From assembly GCF_000219355.1 (NCBI RefSeq), contig NC_015722.1, positions 300,001 to 332,000 of the forward strand: DNA of 32,000 bases. Reading direction: 5' to 3'. Positions 1 to 9,010 of this stretch are shown here, in pieces. A program made the translations under genes and the position numbers. Under the pieces are notes generated by a model. The model made no database searches. It worked only from the letters and a program-made list of their open reading frames with translations, and had not been told where the DNA came from. The stretch's first letter is position 1. Each line of letters opens with the position of its first letter. This DNA is from Candidatus Midichloria mitochondrii IricVA (GTDB lineage: Bacteria; Pseudomonadota; Alphaproteobacteria; Rickettsiales; Midichloriaceae).

Positions 1-74
1 TTTTTAGATTCCTTAACGAAATACCAACTATCCTAATGATTTTAATAGTTATGATGGCTGTAATGAAACCATGA
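1..74 (+). CDS. 3' end of a membrane-protein gene entering from upstream, possibly a HemJ-type (UPF0093) protoporphyrinogen oxidase
   Basis: The frame starting at nt 3 reads FRFLNEIPTILMILIVMMAVMKP then TGA at 72-74. The hydrophobic tail with an NE.P motif and ...KP ending resembles the HemJ family C-terminus as I recall it. Its stop overlaps the coaBC start as ATGA (71-74). Confidence 0.3.
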   Translation, partial: FRFLNEIPTILMILIVMMAVMKP

Positions 75-1243
75 AAAACGTTATATTAGGAATATCTGGA
101 AGTATAGCAGCATATAAAGCCATCGAACTAGCAAAACTGTTAATCAATGCTAATTATAATATTAATATAGTTTTATCGAAGTCAGCTACTGATTTTATCT
201 CACCTTTAACTCTTAAATCATTATTTCCTAAAAAAGTTTTTCTTGCAGAGGGAACTTTAGATGATCATGATCAAATGCTTCATATCAGCCTTGCTAAACA
301 AGCCGGCCTCATTTTAATTGCTCCTTGCTCTGCCAATATGATTGCAAACTTAAGTAATGGAAGCGCCCCTTGTTTATTAACTTCATTATGTCTTGCGACA
401 AAAGCGAAAACCGTCTTAGCCCCGGCCATGAATGTGGTAATGTGGGAGAACCTTATAGTGCAAGCTAATATAAAAAAATTAAAAGAGCGTGGAATGCTCA
501 TTATCCCTCCAAGCAGCGGAAAGCAAGCCTGCGGCGATAACGGAGTTGGCAGAATGCCCGAACCCCACAATATTTTAGAATACATTGCTAGTATTGACTT
601 TGTATCATATCATACATTAAAGGGAAAGAAAGCAATTGTTACTGCCGGCCCAACTCATGAGAAAATTGATCCTGTAAGATTTATAAGCAACTGTAGCTCT
701 GGAAAAATGGGCTATAATTTAGCGAAGGCTGCTCAGATGTTAGGAGCTACGGTCACATTAATATCTGGACCCACCTCTTTAAATCCTCCAGAAAATATGG
801 AATTGATTAGGGTGAACTCAGCTCAAGAAATGTTTGAAGCTGCTCACCGGAAAGCAGCAAACTGTGATATATTTATCTCAGCAGCAGCTGTTGCTGATTA
901 TAAGCCGAAATCTATTTCCATAGAAAAAATTAAAAAGGGCGCTGACTTCAGCTTAAAATTAGAGAAAAATCCTGATATAATTTATGAAATAAAGTCCCAA
1001 TTCCCTCATATATTTTGTTTAGGCTTTGCGGCAGAAACTACTAACCACCTAGAATACGGCTATCAAAAATTAAAGGCAAAAAATTTAGATGCGATTGCTA
1101 TTAACGATGTATCCAAAGGGAAAGTGTTTAATGAGGATTATAATGAATTAACCGTCATTACTAAAAACGGTACGGAATTTGTAATTGAAAAAAATCCAAA
1201 ATTGGAAGTAGCTTTTAAGCTCTTATGTACTTTACTTAAATAA
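71..1243 (+). CDS. coaBC: Bifunctional phosphopantothenoylcysteine decarboxylase / phosphopantothenate-cysteine ligase (Dfp)
   Basis: 390-aa ORF. The N-terminal flavoprotein motif is ILGISGSIAAYKAIELAKLL. The C-terminal CoaB half contains ITAGPTHEKIDPVRFISNCSSGKMG and AAAVADYKP. Confidence 0.9.
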   Translation: MKNVILGISGSIAAYKAIELAKLLINANYNINIVLSKSATDFISPLTLKSLFPKKVFLAEGTLDDHDQMLHISLAKQAGLILIAPCSANMIANLSNGSAPCLLTSLCLATKAKTVLAPAMNVVMWENLIVQANIKKLKERGMLIIPPSSGKQACGDNGVGRMPEPHNILEYIASIDFVSYHTLKGKKAIVTAGPTHEKIDPVRFISNCSSGKMGYNLAKAAQMLGATVTLISGPTSLNPPENMELIRVNSAQEMFEAAHRKAANCDIFISAAAVADYKPKSISIEKIKKGADFSLKLEKNPDIIYEIKSQFPHIFCLGFAAETTNHLEYGYQKLKAKNLDAIAINDVSKGKVFNEDYNELTVITKNGTEFVIEKNPKLEVAFKLLCTLLK

Positions 1244-1247
1244 AAAG

Positions 1248-1511
1248 ATGAAGGAACTAACCAAAAAATTATACTTTAGAAGCCTAAACAGAGGCTGTAA
1301 GGAGCTGGATATTATTATCGGGCAATTTGCCAAACTTTACTTAGATAAAATGACATTACCTGAGCTTTTAGGGTATCGAGACCTTTTAGAACTAAACGAT
1401 AATTATCTTTATAATTATATTAGTGAAGCCATTAAAAGTGATTCCCGAACCATTGAGGGAACTATAATGAAAAAAATTGTTGATTTCGTTAAGTTAAGAT
1501 CTAGCAATTAA
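1248..1511 (+). CDS. sdhE: FAD assembly factor SdhE (SDHAF2/YgfY family)
   Basis: 87-aa ORF. RSLNRGCKELDIIIGQF matches the RGxxE(L)D motif of SdhE, and size and helical character fit the family. It starts 5 nt after coaBC. Confidence 0.7.
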   Translation: MKELTKKLYFRSLNRGCKELDIIIGQFAKLYLDKMTLPELLGYRDLLELNDNYLYNYISEAIKSDSRTIEGTIMKKIVDFVKLRSSN

Positions 1512-1712
1512 ATTTAAGCAATACAACTTCTATATATTTTTTAATAAGACGCTAAAGCCTTAGCAGCCTTCTTTATTTAATTCAAAAATTCTTCTTCACA
1601 GCTCTATTGCAAATTATATAATATATACAAGCAAGAAAGTGCTCCCCCGCTGTGATTTATGTGATTTTGTTGCGGCGCGTTGACGAGGCAGTGGGCTACT
1701 TGAGGCTTAGAT

Positions 1713-2267
1713 ATGAATGAGTTAATGCTAAAACTTTTTTATTCAATCATGATTGGTATTGTAATCTCCGCTCCTATTGGGCCCGTAAGTGTATTATGCA
1801 TCAGATACACCTTTAAAACAAAGTTTATTAGCAGGTATTATTGTAGGAATTGGGGCTGCTAGTGGCGATATAATTGTTATTTTTAAGTTTACATTCTATT
1901 TATACCGAAAGAACTGCAAAAGTAGAGATCAATCCTACTAAGTATAAAAGGGGTGATTCGAACAAATATATCTTCACCATTTCTTTCTTTACCACCATAC
2001 TTAATCCAATGACTATTATACTCTTTGTTAGTATGTTTTCTGCTATAGGTCTAGAATTAGATTCTCTGATAGAGTATGTGGTCATACCTATGGGGGGTGT
2101 TTATAGGAACAATAAGTTGGATGACAGTAACGGCCTTATTGTTGCAGTACATCAAGCATAGAATAACTAATAGGACAGCATACTATATTAATTTTCTTTC
2201 TAATATATCAATAGCAGGCTTTGGTTTTGTTGCTGTTAGTAGCGCTCTTTATAGCTATTTCATTTAA
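1713..2267 (+). pseudogene. LysE/RhtB-family amino-acid exporter, broken by several frameshifts
   Basis: ATG at 1713 gives MNELMLKLFYSIMIGIVISAPIGPVSVLCIRY.. then stops. The family sequence continues in other frames: QSLLAGIIVGIGAASGDIIV, then ..FFTTILNPMTIILFVSMFSAIGL (NPk.ilff-type motif), then the C-terminal piece in ORF 2076..2267. At least three frame changes are needed. Confidence 0.6.
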
Positions 2268-2985
2268 TTGATAAATGATAAAGCGCTATTGCTGCAGCGC
2301 ATGAAACATTAAGGCTCTCAACAGCTTGATTCATCGGAATTTTCAGTATGAAATCACAATGTTTTTTTGTAAGCGGCCGTAAGCCCTTTTCTTCTGATCC
2401 TAGTACTAATACAATTTTATTATAAGAAACAGGATTGAAAGTATTAAGATAATTTTCTGCTTCCCCATCTAACCCTATTACCCAAAAGCCGTGCTTTTTT
2501 AAGATTTCAATTGATTGAACAAGATTTACAACACGGATGAAAGGTATCAACTCAAAAGTTCCGGCAGCCGATTTTGTAAGGCTTGGTGTCTCGTGAGGAG
2601 AGTTGTCTATTGTAGTCATTACTGCATCAACTGAAAAAGCTGCCGCTGACCTAAAAATCCCTCCTACATTTTGCGGATCTAAAATTTGATCGAGAATGAC
2701 TACTAACCGTTTTGCTTTATTAATATCAATAAAATTATCTAACCCTGGTTGTTTTAATAGCTCTGTTAAGACTGCAATACCTTGAATTACAGCATCATGG
2801 TTTTTTAAGATTGCCGCTAGCTGTTTATTCTCTATCACCTCCGTTTTATTTACAAAAGTAGACGGTACTAAGCGTCTGTTTGATTTCGTCACCAAAATCT
2901 TTTTGATTAATCTATTTGGGTTCTTGAGCACTGCTAGGCAATTATGCTTACCGTACAACCAATGGGTATTTTTTTCCATAATCAA
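2260..2985 (-). CDS. rlmB: TrmH/SpoU-family 23S rRNA (guanosine-2'-O)-methyltransferase
   Basis: 241-aa ORF. It has an N-terminal YGKHNCLAVLKNP substrate-binding-type region. SpoU motifs present are LDQILDPQNVGGIFRSAAAF, VLVLGSEEKGLRP and IPMNQAVESLNVSCAAAIALY. Confidence 0.8.
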   Translation of the reverse strand: MIMEKNTHWLYGKHNCLAVLKNPNRLIKKILVTKSNRRLVPSTFVNKTEVIENKQLAAILKNHDAVIQGIAVLTELLKQPGLDNFIDINKAKRLVVILDQILDPQNVGGIFRSAAAFSVDAVMTTIDNSPHETPSLTKSAAGTFELIPFIRVVNLVQSIEILKKHGFWVIGLDGEAENYLNTFNPVSYNKIVLVLGSEEKGLRPLTKKHCDFILKIPMNQAVESLNVSCAAAIALYHLSIK

Positions 2986-2992
2986 TCAATCA

Positions 2993-3610
2993 CTAAATTT
3001 GCCTTAGCATTGCCATAAAAAGTAAGATTTTTTCTTTCTTATTGTAAACTATTTTAAAGCCATTAGCGCTCAATTGCTCATCTTGAGATTTTAATGATAC
3101 CGGCTTATTGCTAGTAATTATTCCCTTATCAAACTTAATCCAAATTGAAGAAGCACTTATTGTATCGCCATCTGGCATATCAATCTTAACTTTTTTTTCT
3201 AAATATATCTGTTTTTTATCCATTAAAGCAAAACCTTTTTCTGCATATATTTCCGTTTCTTTATCACCATAGATAAATATCCTTAAATATACATCCTGCA
3301 TTATAATTTTATTCTGGTCGTAATTAGTCCGATGAGCCTTTATAAAAAAGGGCTGCCCTTGTTTATCGACACCAAATATTTCTGATTTTATAATTAAGCT
3401 CTCCCCTTGTTTAGAGGTATGCAGTAAATTTTTCTGGCTTATGGCAGTTTTAAAATCATTTTTATCGGCATTATTATGTATAAAAAATAGCGCGATCACT
3501 ATCGCAATAGAGATTAGCACTAATAAATTCTTTAAGCTTGAAATCACGCTCTTCTTAAAAAGAGACATAAAAATATCTGTATAATAAAAATTTTTTGGAT
3601 TATATATCAT
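2993..3610 (-). CDS. Putative LPS export periplasmic protein LptC (single N-terminal TM anchor plus beta-jellyroll-like domain)
   Basis: 205-aa ORF with one N-terminal hydrophobic helix. The body has the general LptC pattern (..IKSEIFGVDKQGQPFFIKA..., ...LEKKVKIDMPDGDTISASS...NGF). It lies 7 nt upstream of rlmB on the same strand. The true start may be the internal Met (MSLFKK). Family call is from overall pattern only. Confidence 0.4.
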   Translation of the reverse strand: MIYNPKNFYYTDIFMSLFKKSVISSLKNLLVLISIAIVIALFFIHNNADKNDFKTAISQKNLLHTSKQGESLIIKSEIFGVDKQGQPFFIKAHRTNYDQNKIIMQDVYLRIFIYGDKETEIYAEKGFALMDKKQIYLEKKVKIDMPDGDTISASSIWIKFDKGIITSNKPVSLKSQDEQLSANGFKIVYNKKEKILLFMAMLRQI

Positions 3611-3638
3611 ACTAATTTCAATTGCAAAATTAGAAACT

Positions 3639-4235
3639 ATGAGCGGTATAGTTTGTCCACATTGCGAAGCATTGGTTTTGTCGAGTTATAAATGTTCCAA
3701 CTGCACTAAAGTATTACCAATTATTGAAACCAACCCCTTTTCGTTACTCGGTCTTCCTGCCGCATTCGGCCTTACCAAAGTAACCATTCAAGAAGCTTTA
3801 ATAAAAAAGCTCCTAATTTACCACCCCGATAAATTTGCTCTAGCAGACTCTTTAACAAAAAAAATAATCACAGAAAATTCTGCCTTATTAAATACAGCTG
3901 CAAGAACATTGAAAGATGAAGTAAAAAGAGCAGAAAACTTATTATTAATTCGAGGATTTGACTTAAATAACAATCAGGATCTAATCCACCAACAAGTGTT
4001 ATTAGACTCTTTAGAAATTCAAGAACAAATAGAAGGAGCCAATACTAAGGGTGCATGTGAAGTGCTACTAGACTGTATTCTAAAACAATTAGAATATAAC
4101 TATCAAGAAATGGCAGTGGCTTTTGAGAAAACTGATTTGAATCCGGCTTATAAATTAGTTGTTAAAAGAAATTTTTTACTAAGAGCCAAATGTAATATAG
4201 AAAATAAATTAGAAAAATTATATGAAGTTATATAA
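3639..4235 (+). CDS. hscB: Fe-S cluster co-chaperone HscB (J-domain) with an N-terminal CxxC...CxxC extension
   Basis: 198-aa ORF. The J-domain-like segment is NPFSLLGLPAAFGL...LLIYHPDKF. It is preceded by CPHCEALVLSSYKCSNC. Its 3' end overlaps hscA by 14 nt. Confidence 0.8.
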   Translation: MSGIVCPHCEALVLSSYKCSNCTKVLPIIETNPFSLLGLPAAFGLTKVTIQEALIKKLLIYHPDKFALADSLTKKIITENSALLNTAARTLKDEVKRAENLLLIRGFDLNNNQDLIHQQVLLDSLEIQEQIEGANTKGACEVLLDCILKQLEYNYQEMAVAFEKTDLNPAYKLVVKRNFLLRAKCNIENKLEKLYEVI

Positions 4236-5721
4236 CATCACGGAGCCCAGCGAAGCAATTCCTGCAATAGGCATTGACTTAGGGACCACTAATTCGTTAA
4301 TCGCAGTTAAAAAAGAAAAAGCATACGTTATCGCAGACGAACATGGGGATAAAATTTTACCGTCGGTTGTTCTTCATAGAGACGACGATGTTATAGTAGG
4401 AAAAGAAGCAGTGGGATTAGAGCGTTCTATTTCTTCGGTGAAACGCCTTATTGGAAAAGGAGTTGAGGATATCAAAACAAAAGATGTTGTAACAAAAATA
4501 CATTACAACTCTGACCGTCAGAACATCTTCCTTGATATAAATGGCAAGCACGTTTCCGTGGTAGAAGTTTCTGCAGAAATTCTAAAAGCTTTAAAACAAA
4601 GGGCAGAGAAGGTTTTGAATCAGGCAGTTACTAAAGTAGTTATAACCGTTCCTGCATATTTTGATGATGCTAGTAGGAATGCAACAAGAGCAGCAGCTCA
4701 ACTCGCAGGGCTTGAAGTTTTACGCTTAATCAACGAACCAACCGCTGCTGCGCTTGCTTATGGCTTAGATAAAAAGAGCCATGGTGTATTTTTAGTGTAT
4801 GATTTAGGTGGTGGAACTTTTGATATTTCAATTGTCACCAAAAAAGAAGGAGTAATGCAAGTCATCGCAACCGCAGGTGATGTCAGCTTAGGTGGGGACG
4901 ACTTTGATTTAATTTTATTTAAGCTTATTAAAGCAAAATATCAATTAACTGATCAGCTAAACAATCAGATCTTAATGGAAATTAAAGAAATCAGAGAAAA
5001 CCTGACAGTACAGCCAGTGTGGAGCGGGTTGTTTTCAAAGCGGCATATCCATATTGCTCGAAAAGAATTTGAACAAGCAATAGATCCTCTTTTAAGAAAG
5101 ACAGTTAAACTAATGCAGAGAGCTCTTAGGGATGCTGAACTCCGACAAGAGGAAATAGCCGATATAGTCTTAGTTGGAGGGGCAACAAGGACTCCGGCGG
5201 TCAAAAAGATTATTAAAGATTTTTTTAATAAAGAACCACTAGACGAAGTTAACCCCGATGAGATAGTTGCTCTCGGCGCAGCCGATCACGCTAATTCACT
5301 TCTTAACGGTAATGAAGATGATTCTCTATTACTAGACGTTACTCCTTTAACACTTAGTATAGAATTAATGGGTGAAGTTGTGGAACGTATAATCCCAAGG
5401 AATACACCTATTCCGATTTCAATTACTAAGACCTTTACCAATTATAGTGCGGAACAAACTGGGATGAAACTAAATATATTGCAAGGCGAAGGAGAAACAG
5501 TTGCCTCTTGTAGATCTCTTGGAACCCTTGAATTAAAAGGTATTCCAAAAATGCCAGCTGGCGAGGCCCGGGTTGAAATAACTTTCATTATTGATGCAAA
5601 TGGTGTATTAACTGTTATAGCTTGTGAAAAAACTCAAAATATTCATCAAGAAGTCACTTTAAATCCAACTTACGGTTTAAGTGAAGAAACATTACTAAAG
5701 TTATTAAAATTAAGTAGTTAA
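4222..5721 (+). CDS. hscA: Fe-S cluster chaperone HscA (Hsp70 family), C-terminally short
   Basis: 499-aa ORF with Hsp70 ATPase motifs GIDLGTTNSLIA, VITVPAYFDD, LRLINEPTAAALAYGLD, DLGGGTFDIS and VLVGGATRTP. The substrate-binding beta domain (LLLDVTPLTLSIE) is present. It ends just after ..NPTYGLSEE. Confidence 0.85.
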   Translation: MKLYNITEPSEAIPAIGIDLGTTNSLIAVKKEKAYVIADEHGDKILPSVVLHRDDDVIVGKEAVGLERSISSVKRLIGKGVEDIKTKDVVTKIHYNSDRQNIFLDINGKHVSVVEVSAEILKALKQRAEKVLNQAVTKVVITVPAYFDDASRNATRAAAQLAGLEVLRLINEPTAAALAYGLDKKSHGVFLVYDLGGGTFDISIVTKKEGVMQVIATAGDVSLGGDDFDLILFKLIKAKYQLTDQLNNQILMEIKEIRENLTVQPVWSGLFSKRHIHIARKEFEQAIDPLLRKTVKLMQRALRDAELRQEEIADIVLVGGATRTPAVKKIIKDFFNKEPLDEVNPDEIVALGAADHANSLLNGNEDDSLLLDVTPLTLSIELMGEVVERIIPRNTPIPISITKTFTNYSAEQTGMKLNILQGEGETVASCRSLGTLELKGIPKMPAGEARVEITFIIDANGVLTVIACEKTQNIHQEVTLNPTYGLSEETLLKLLKLSS

Positions 5722-5722
5722 A

Positions 5723-7555
5723 ATGAGCATTAAACTTCTTTCAGAAAAAGCCATTAATCGTATTGCCGCTGGCGAAGTGATTGAGAGACCGGTTTCCGTT
5801 GTTAAGGAATTAATCGAAAACTCTGTTGATGCAGACGCTACCGCAATTGATATAACATTTGCAAGGGGTGGCAGAACATTAATTTCTGTTGCTGATAACG
5901 GCTGTGGCATTCCCAAAGAAGAGCTAAAACTTGCTTTACAGCGTCATGCCACTTCAAAAATCCAGGAAGATAATTTAGATAAAATAGAGTTTTTTGGCTT
6001 TAGAGGCGAAGCGTTACCTTCAATCGCAGCAGTTGGCTTAACGACAATTGTAAGCCGTACTTCTTCAAGTGATACAGCTTGGAAAGTTGAGTCCCTAAAC
6101 AAAAATTATGGTGAAATAAGTTTAAGTATTGCAAAACGGAATATAGGCACAACTCTTGAATTAAGAGATATATTTTGTTTTACGCCTAATCGCATAAAAT
6201 TTTTAAAATCAGAAGCCGCCGAAAATGCAGCATGCCTTGATTTAGTTAAGAGGTTTGCCCTTTGTTTCCCCAAAATCCAATTTCACTTAACTATTGATGA
6301 CAAAGTAGTTCTAACTTCGAATTCTTCAAAAGAGAATCTAAATCTCAATAATCTTTTAGGGGAGGATTTTAGTGAAAATACTATAAACTTTCACTACAAA
6401 AATTCAGATATAACTTTAAGCGGTTATATAGGCCTACCAACTTTTAATCATCCAACTTCAGTGCGCCAATATTATTTTGTTAACGATCGAGTAGTAAAGG
6501 ACAAGCTACTAGCTACCGCTGTAAAGATTGCTTATGCAGATCTAATACCACATGGTAGGTACCCAGCCATAGTGCTGTTTGTCGACTGTTCTCCTCATCA
6601 TGTCGATGTAAATGTTCACCCGACTAAATCCGAGGTAAGGTTTGCTGATGAGCAATTAATTAAGAAACTCATTATTGATGCAATTCGCTCCAATATTAAC
6701 GCCAATAGAGGTAAGCAGTCTACTAATATCTTTAGCGATCAAGTGATTAGAATTATCGAAAAAAATCAACCTGCGCAATTTAGCAAACATTCTTTAAGTA
6801 AAATCCCGGAAGGAGTTCCGTTTAAAGATAAACAACCACCTACTGGCTTTAAATATTTTGAACAACCTCCTACAGTAATGCTAGAGGATATAATCAAGCC
6901 TCAAATGGTAAAACTGCTAAAACCTCAAGAAGAAGAGAGAACAAAAGGAGAGGATATTCAAGAAGACACTACTAGTTTCTTGGGTTACGCAATTGCGCAA
7001 ATCGACAACACTTATATAGTTTCCTTAACTCAAAATAATGAGGTTATAATCACTGACCAGCATGCTGCGCATGAGAGAATTGTTTTAGAAGAAATGAAAA
7101 AGCAAATTATAGAGCATAATATTAAAGTACAGAATTTATTAGTGCCAGAGGTATTAAGCTACGATAAGGCTTTGGTTGAGCTATTAATTTCTAAAAAAGA
7201 TGAGCTTAAAAATTTTGGTATTACAATCGAAAGACATGGAATAAATCAAGTTTCGGTGCTTACAATTCCTGCATTAATGCAAAACTTGAATTTAAAAGAC
7301 TTATTTGACGTTATCTTAAAAGATATACAGGAATTAAATGAGATAAATAATATTGATTTATTTATTAACCACGTTTATGGAAATATGGCCTGTAAAAATA
7401 GCATTAAAGCCAATAGAAAGCTTTCTGACGAAGAAATGAATGCACTTTTAAGAAAAATGGAAAAAACTCCTTTTATTGAACAATGCAATCATGGTCGCCC
7501 AACTTATATCAAAATTAGCGCTCAAGATTTAAGTAAATTTTTTGAACGTCATTAA
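5723..7555 (+). CDS. mutL: DNA mismatch repair protein MutL
   Basis: 610-aa ORF. The GHKL ATPase N-terminus reads IKLLSEKAINRIAAGEVIERPVSVVKELIENSVDA, DNGCGI and FGFRGEALPSI. The C-terminal dimerisation domain contains DQHAAHERI and ..CNHGRPT. Confidence 0.95.
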   Translation: MSIKLLSEKAINRIAAGEVIERPVSVVKELIENSVDADATAIDITFARGGRTLISVADNGCGIPKEELKLALQRHATSKIQEDNLDKIEFFGFRGEALPSIAAVGLTTIVSRTSSSDTAWKVESLNKNYGEISLSIAKRNIGTTLELRDIFCFTPNRIKFLKSEAAENAACLDLVKRFALCFPKIQFHLTIDDKVVLTSNSSKENLNLNNLLGEDFSENTINFHYKNSDITLSGYIGLPTFNHPTSVRQYYFVNDRVVKDKLLATAVKIAYADLIPHGRYPAIVLFVDCSPHHVDVNVHPTKSEVRFADEQLIKKLIIDAIRSNINANRGKQSTNIFSDQVIRIIEKNQPAQFSKHSLSKIPEGVPFKDKQPPTGFKYFEQPPTVMLEDIIKPQMVKLLKPQEEERTKGEDIQEDTTSFLGYAIAQIDNTYIVSLTQNNEVIITDQHAAHERIVLEEMKKQIIEHNIKVQNLLVPEVLSYDKALVELLISKKDELKNFGITIERHGINQVSVLTIPALMQNLNLKDLFDVILKDIQELNEINNIDLFINHVYGNMACKNSIKANRKLSDEEMNALLRKMEKTPFIEQCNHGRPTYIKISAQDLSKFFERH

Positions 7556-7666
7556 CGAACGATCAAAAGCATCTGAATTAATAGTATTCTAACGTTAACC
7601 TCCGCCTTAGCCTATTATACCATTTTTATAAAGTAACTTTACATGGATATACCGAGTGCTATAATA

Positions 7667-7962
7667 ACCTCAGTTCGACGTAAGGAGTAGAGGCCCAGCG
7701 AGCCTATTTTCCATGAGATATATTGGGTTTGAAGACATAAGCCAAGAGCCCTGAGAAAGAGGTCTGCCAAGAAATTGTTTGGCGAGCGATGCCGTGGTGT
7801 GCTGGATTTGGCAAATCTCTTTCAATTCTCCGATGGCTGTTTCAATCAATCCACGCCCTGCAAGAAGCAGTTGTTTAAAAGCCGCAAGCGGGTTTTGTTT
7901 TTCATGTTTTTCTTAAGCCGTGGGTGACGAGCTCAATACCTTGATTGCTCAGTGCTTTTGTT
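7667..7962 (-). mobile_element. IS982-family element, 3'-terminal fragment (copy A1), inverted relative to the adjacent copy
   Basis: It starts with the right-end terminal repeat (AACCTCAGTTCGACG). It is near-identical in reverse complement to 8620-8872 and to the copies at 13776, 20564, 26165 and 28448. It ends directly against the left terminal repeat of copy A2. Confidence 0.8.
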
Positions 7963-8872
7963 AACCCCAGTTTGAGGTAAGTTTTAAAGAAATTATCTGA
8001 TATGGTTTTAAAGAAGCTGTGTAACCATTAAGTTTCTCTCAATTTCACGATAAATAAGGAAAGTGGTTTCCCTAGTAGAGATATTTTGTTTGATTGATGA
8101 TTTTTGCAAGCGACAACTCACGTACCAAAGATCCTTAAGAAACTCGCAGAGACAAAGGGAACGAGAGTCTGGGATGATGCTTTCCGAAGTTATAACGATC
8201 CTCGTTTTGTTTCATTTGAGGGCATTACCGGATTCAAAGATTTTTACCTAAACTGTGTTCAAATCTCTTTCAGAGAGGAATTGCCGAAGCTTATCAGCTA
8301 CAATCGCTTTGTTGAGCTGATGCGAGACGCGGTCATTCCGTTGGTCATTCTGCTGAATTGCTGCAAAGGGAAACAAACAGGTACGTTGACTCAACAAAAG
8401 CTGGAAAGGTTTGTCATAACTTACGTACTAGCCGTAATAAGGTCCTTAAAGGCGTCGCTCAGCGTGGGAAAACGTCGACCCGGATGGTTCTTTGGCCTCA
8501 ATGATCAAGGAGAGATTATGTCATTCACACTGACTTCGGGTAATACAGATGATCGAGCCGTTGTCGAGAAACTGACTCAATATTTGACAGGCCTTCTATT
8601 CGGAGATCGGTGGTATATAAGCAAACACTGAGCAATCAAGGACAAAACCCGCTTGCGGCTTTTAAACAACTGCTTCTTGCAGGGCGTGGATTGATTAAAA
8701 CAGCCATCGGACAATTGAAAGAGATTTGCCAAATCCGGCACCACACGGCATCGCTCGCCAAACAATTTCTTGACAGACCTCTTTCTCAGGGCTCTTGGCC
8801 TATGTCTTCAACCCAATATTATCTCATGGAAAAATAGGCTCACGGGCATACTCCTTACGTCAAACTGAGGTT
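7963..8872 (+). mobile_element. IS982-family insertion sequence, near full length (copy A2), about 910 bp, with imperfect terminal inverted repeats
   Basis: The left end is AACCCCAGTTTGAGGT. The reverse complement of the right end is AACCTCAGTTTGACGT. Internal ORF fragments carry IS982-type motifs: EIFCLIDDFCK, ISYNRFVELM, YVDSTK..VCHN (read in a shifted frame), GWFFG, LFGDRWYISK, GLIKTAIGQLKE and RHRSPNNFL (shifted frame). Confidence 0.85.
8063..8837 (+). pseudogene. IS982-family DDE transposase, disrupted by multiple frameshifts and a small internal deletion
   Basis: The coding potential is spread over three overlapping ORFs (8063..8251, 8104..8631, 8610..8837) in different frames. Family motifs also appear in frames not covered by those ORFs. 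About 43 nt found in other copies (..tattgagctc..cttaagaaaaacatgaaaaac..) is missing near 8640. Confidence 0.8.
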
Positions 8873-9010
8873 TTTTACCCTCTGGTTAATTTTAGAGGTT
8901 CACTAGAACGATAACTACCCGATAGCCAGTTACCTCGCTTTAAAAACTTGGGCTATTTTTGATTGCGCACCATAAACAGCGCCTTCGTTAGCGCCTCCAA
9001 AAAATGGGTA
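8873..9010 (-). repeat. Unclassified repeat (family 2), copy 1, abutting the right end of IS copy A2
   Basis: The reverse complement of about 8915-8990 (ggcgctgtttatggtgcgcaatcaaaaatagcccaagtttttaaagcgaggtaactggctatcggg) aligns by eye with 20288-20360 at roughly 70 percent identity. There is no convincing ORF. Confidence 0.4.

Noticed and set aside
280-585. 101-aa ORF antisense to coaBC. The same applies to the antisense ORFs at 1900..2085, 4965..5204, 5710..5916, 9377..9643, 17360..17620, 17846..18058, 21647..21841, 24667..24867, 25434..25667, 27067..27258, 27521..27757 and 30098..30313.
   Set aside because: Each lies wholly inside, and antisense or out of frame to, a gene with strong family motifs. 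Their sequences are low-complexity or compositionally odd and show no recognisable motifs, so I take them as shadow ORFs.
1551-1577. Possible intrinsic terminator after sdhE (GCTAAagccTTAGC followed by a T-rich stretch).
   Set aside because: The stem is only 5 bp and AT-containing, and the T tract is interrupted. This is too weak to report as a feature.
1638-1712. GC-richer patch (gtgctcccccgctgtg...gttgcggcgcgttgacgaggcagtgggctacttgaggctt) upstream of the LysE pseudogene, considered as a riboswitch, promoter or repeat.
   Set aside because: I could see no self-complementary stems, no repeat copy elsewhere in the window and no convincing -35/-10 pair. It is probably degraded sequence.
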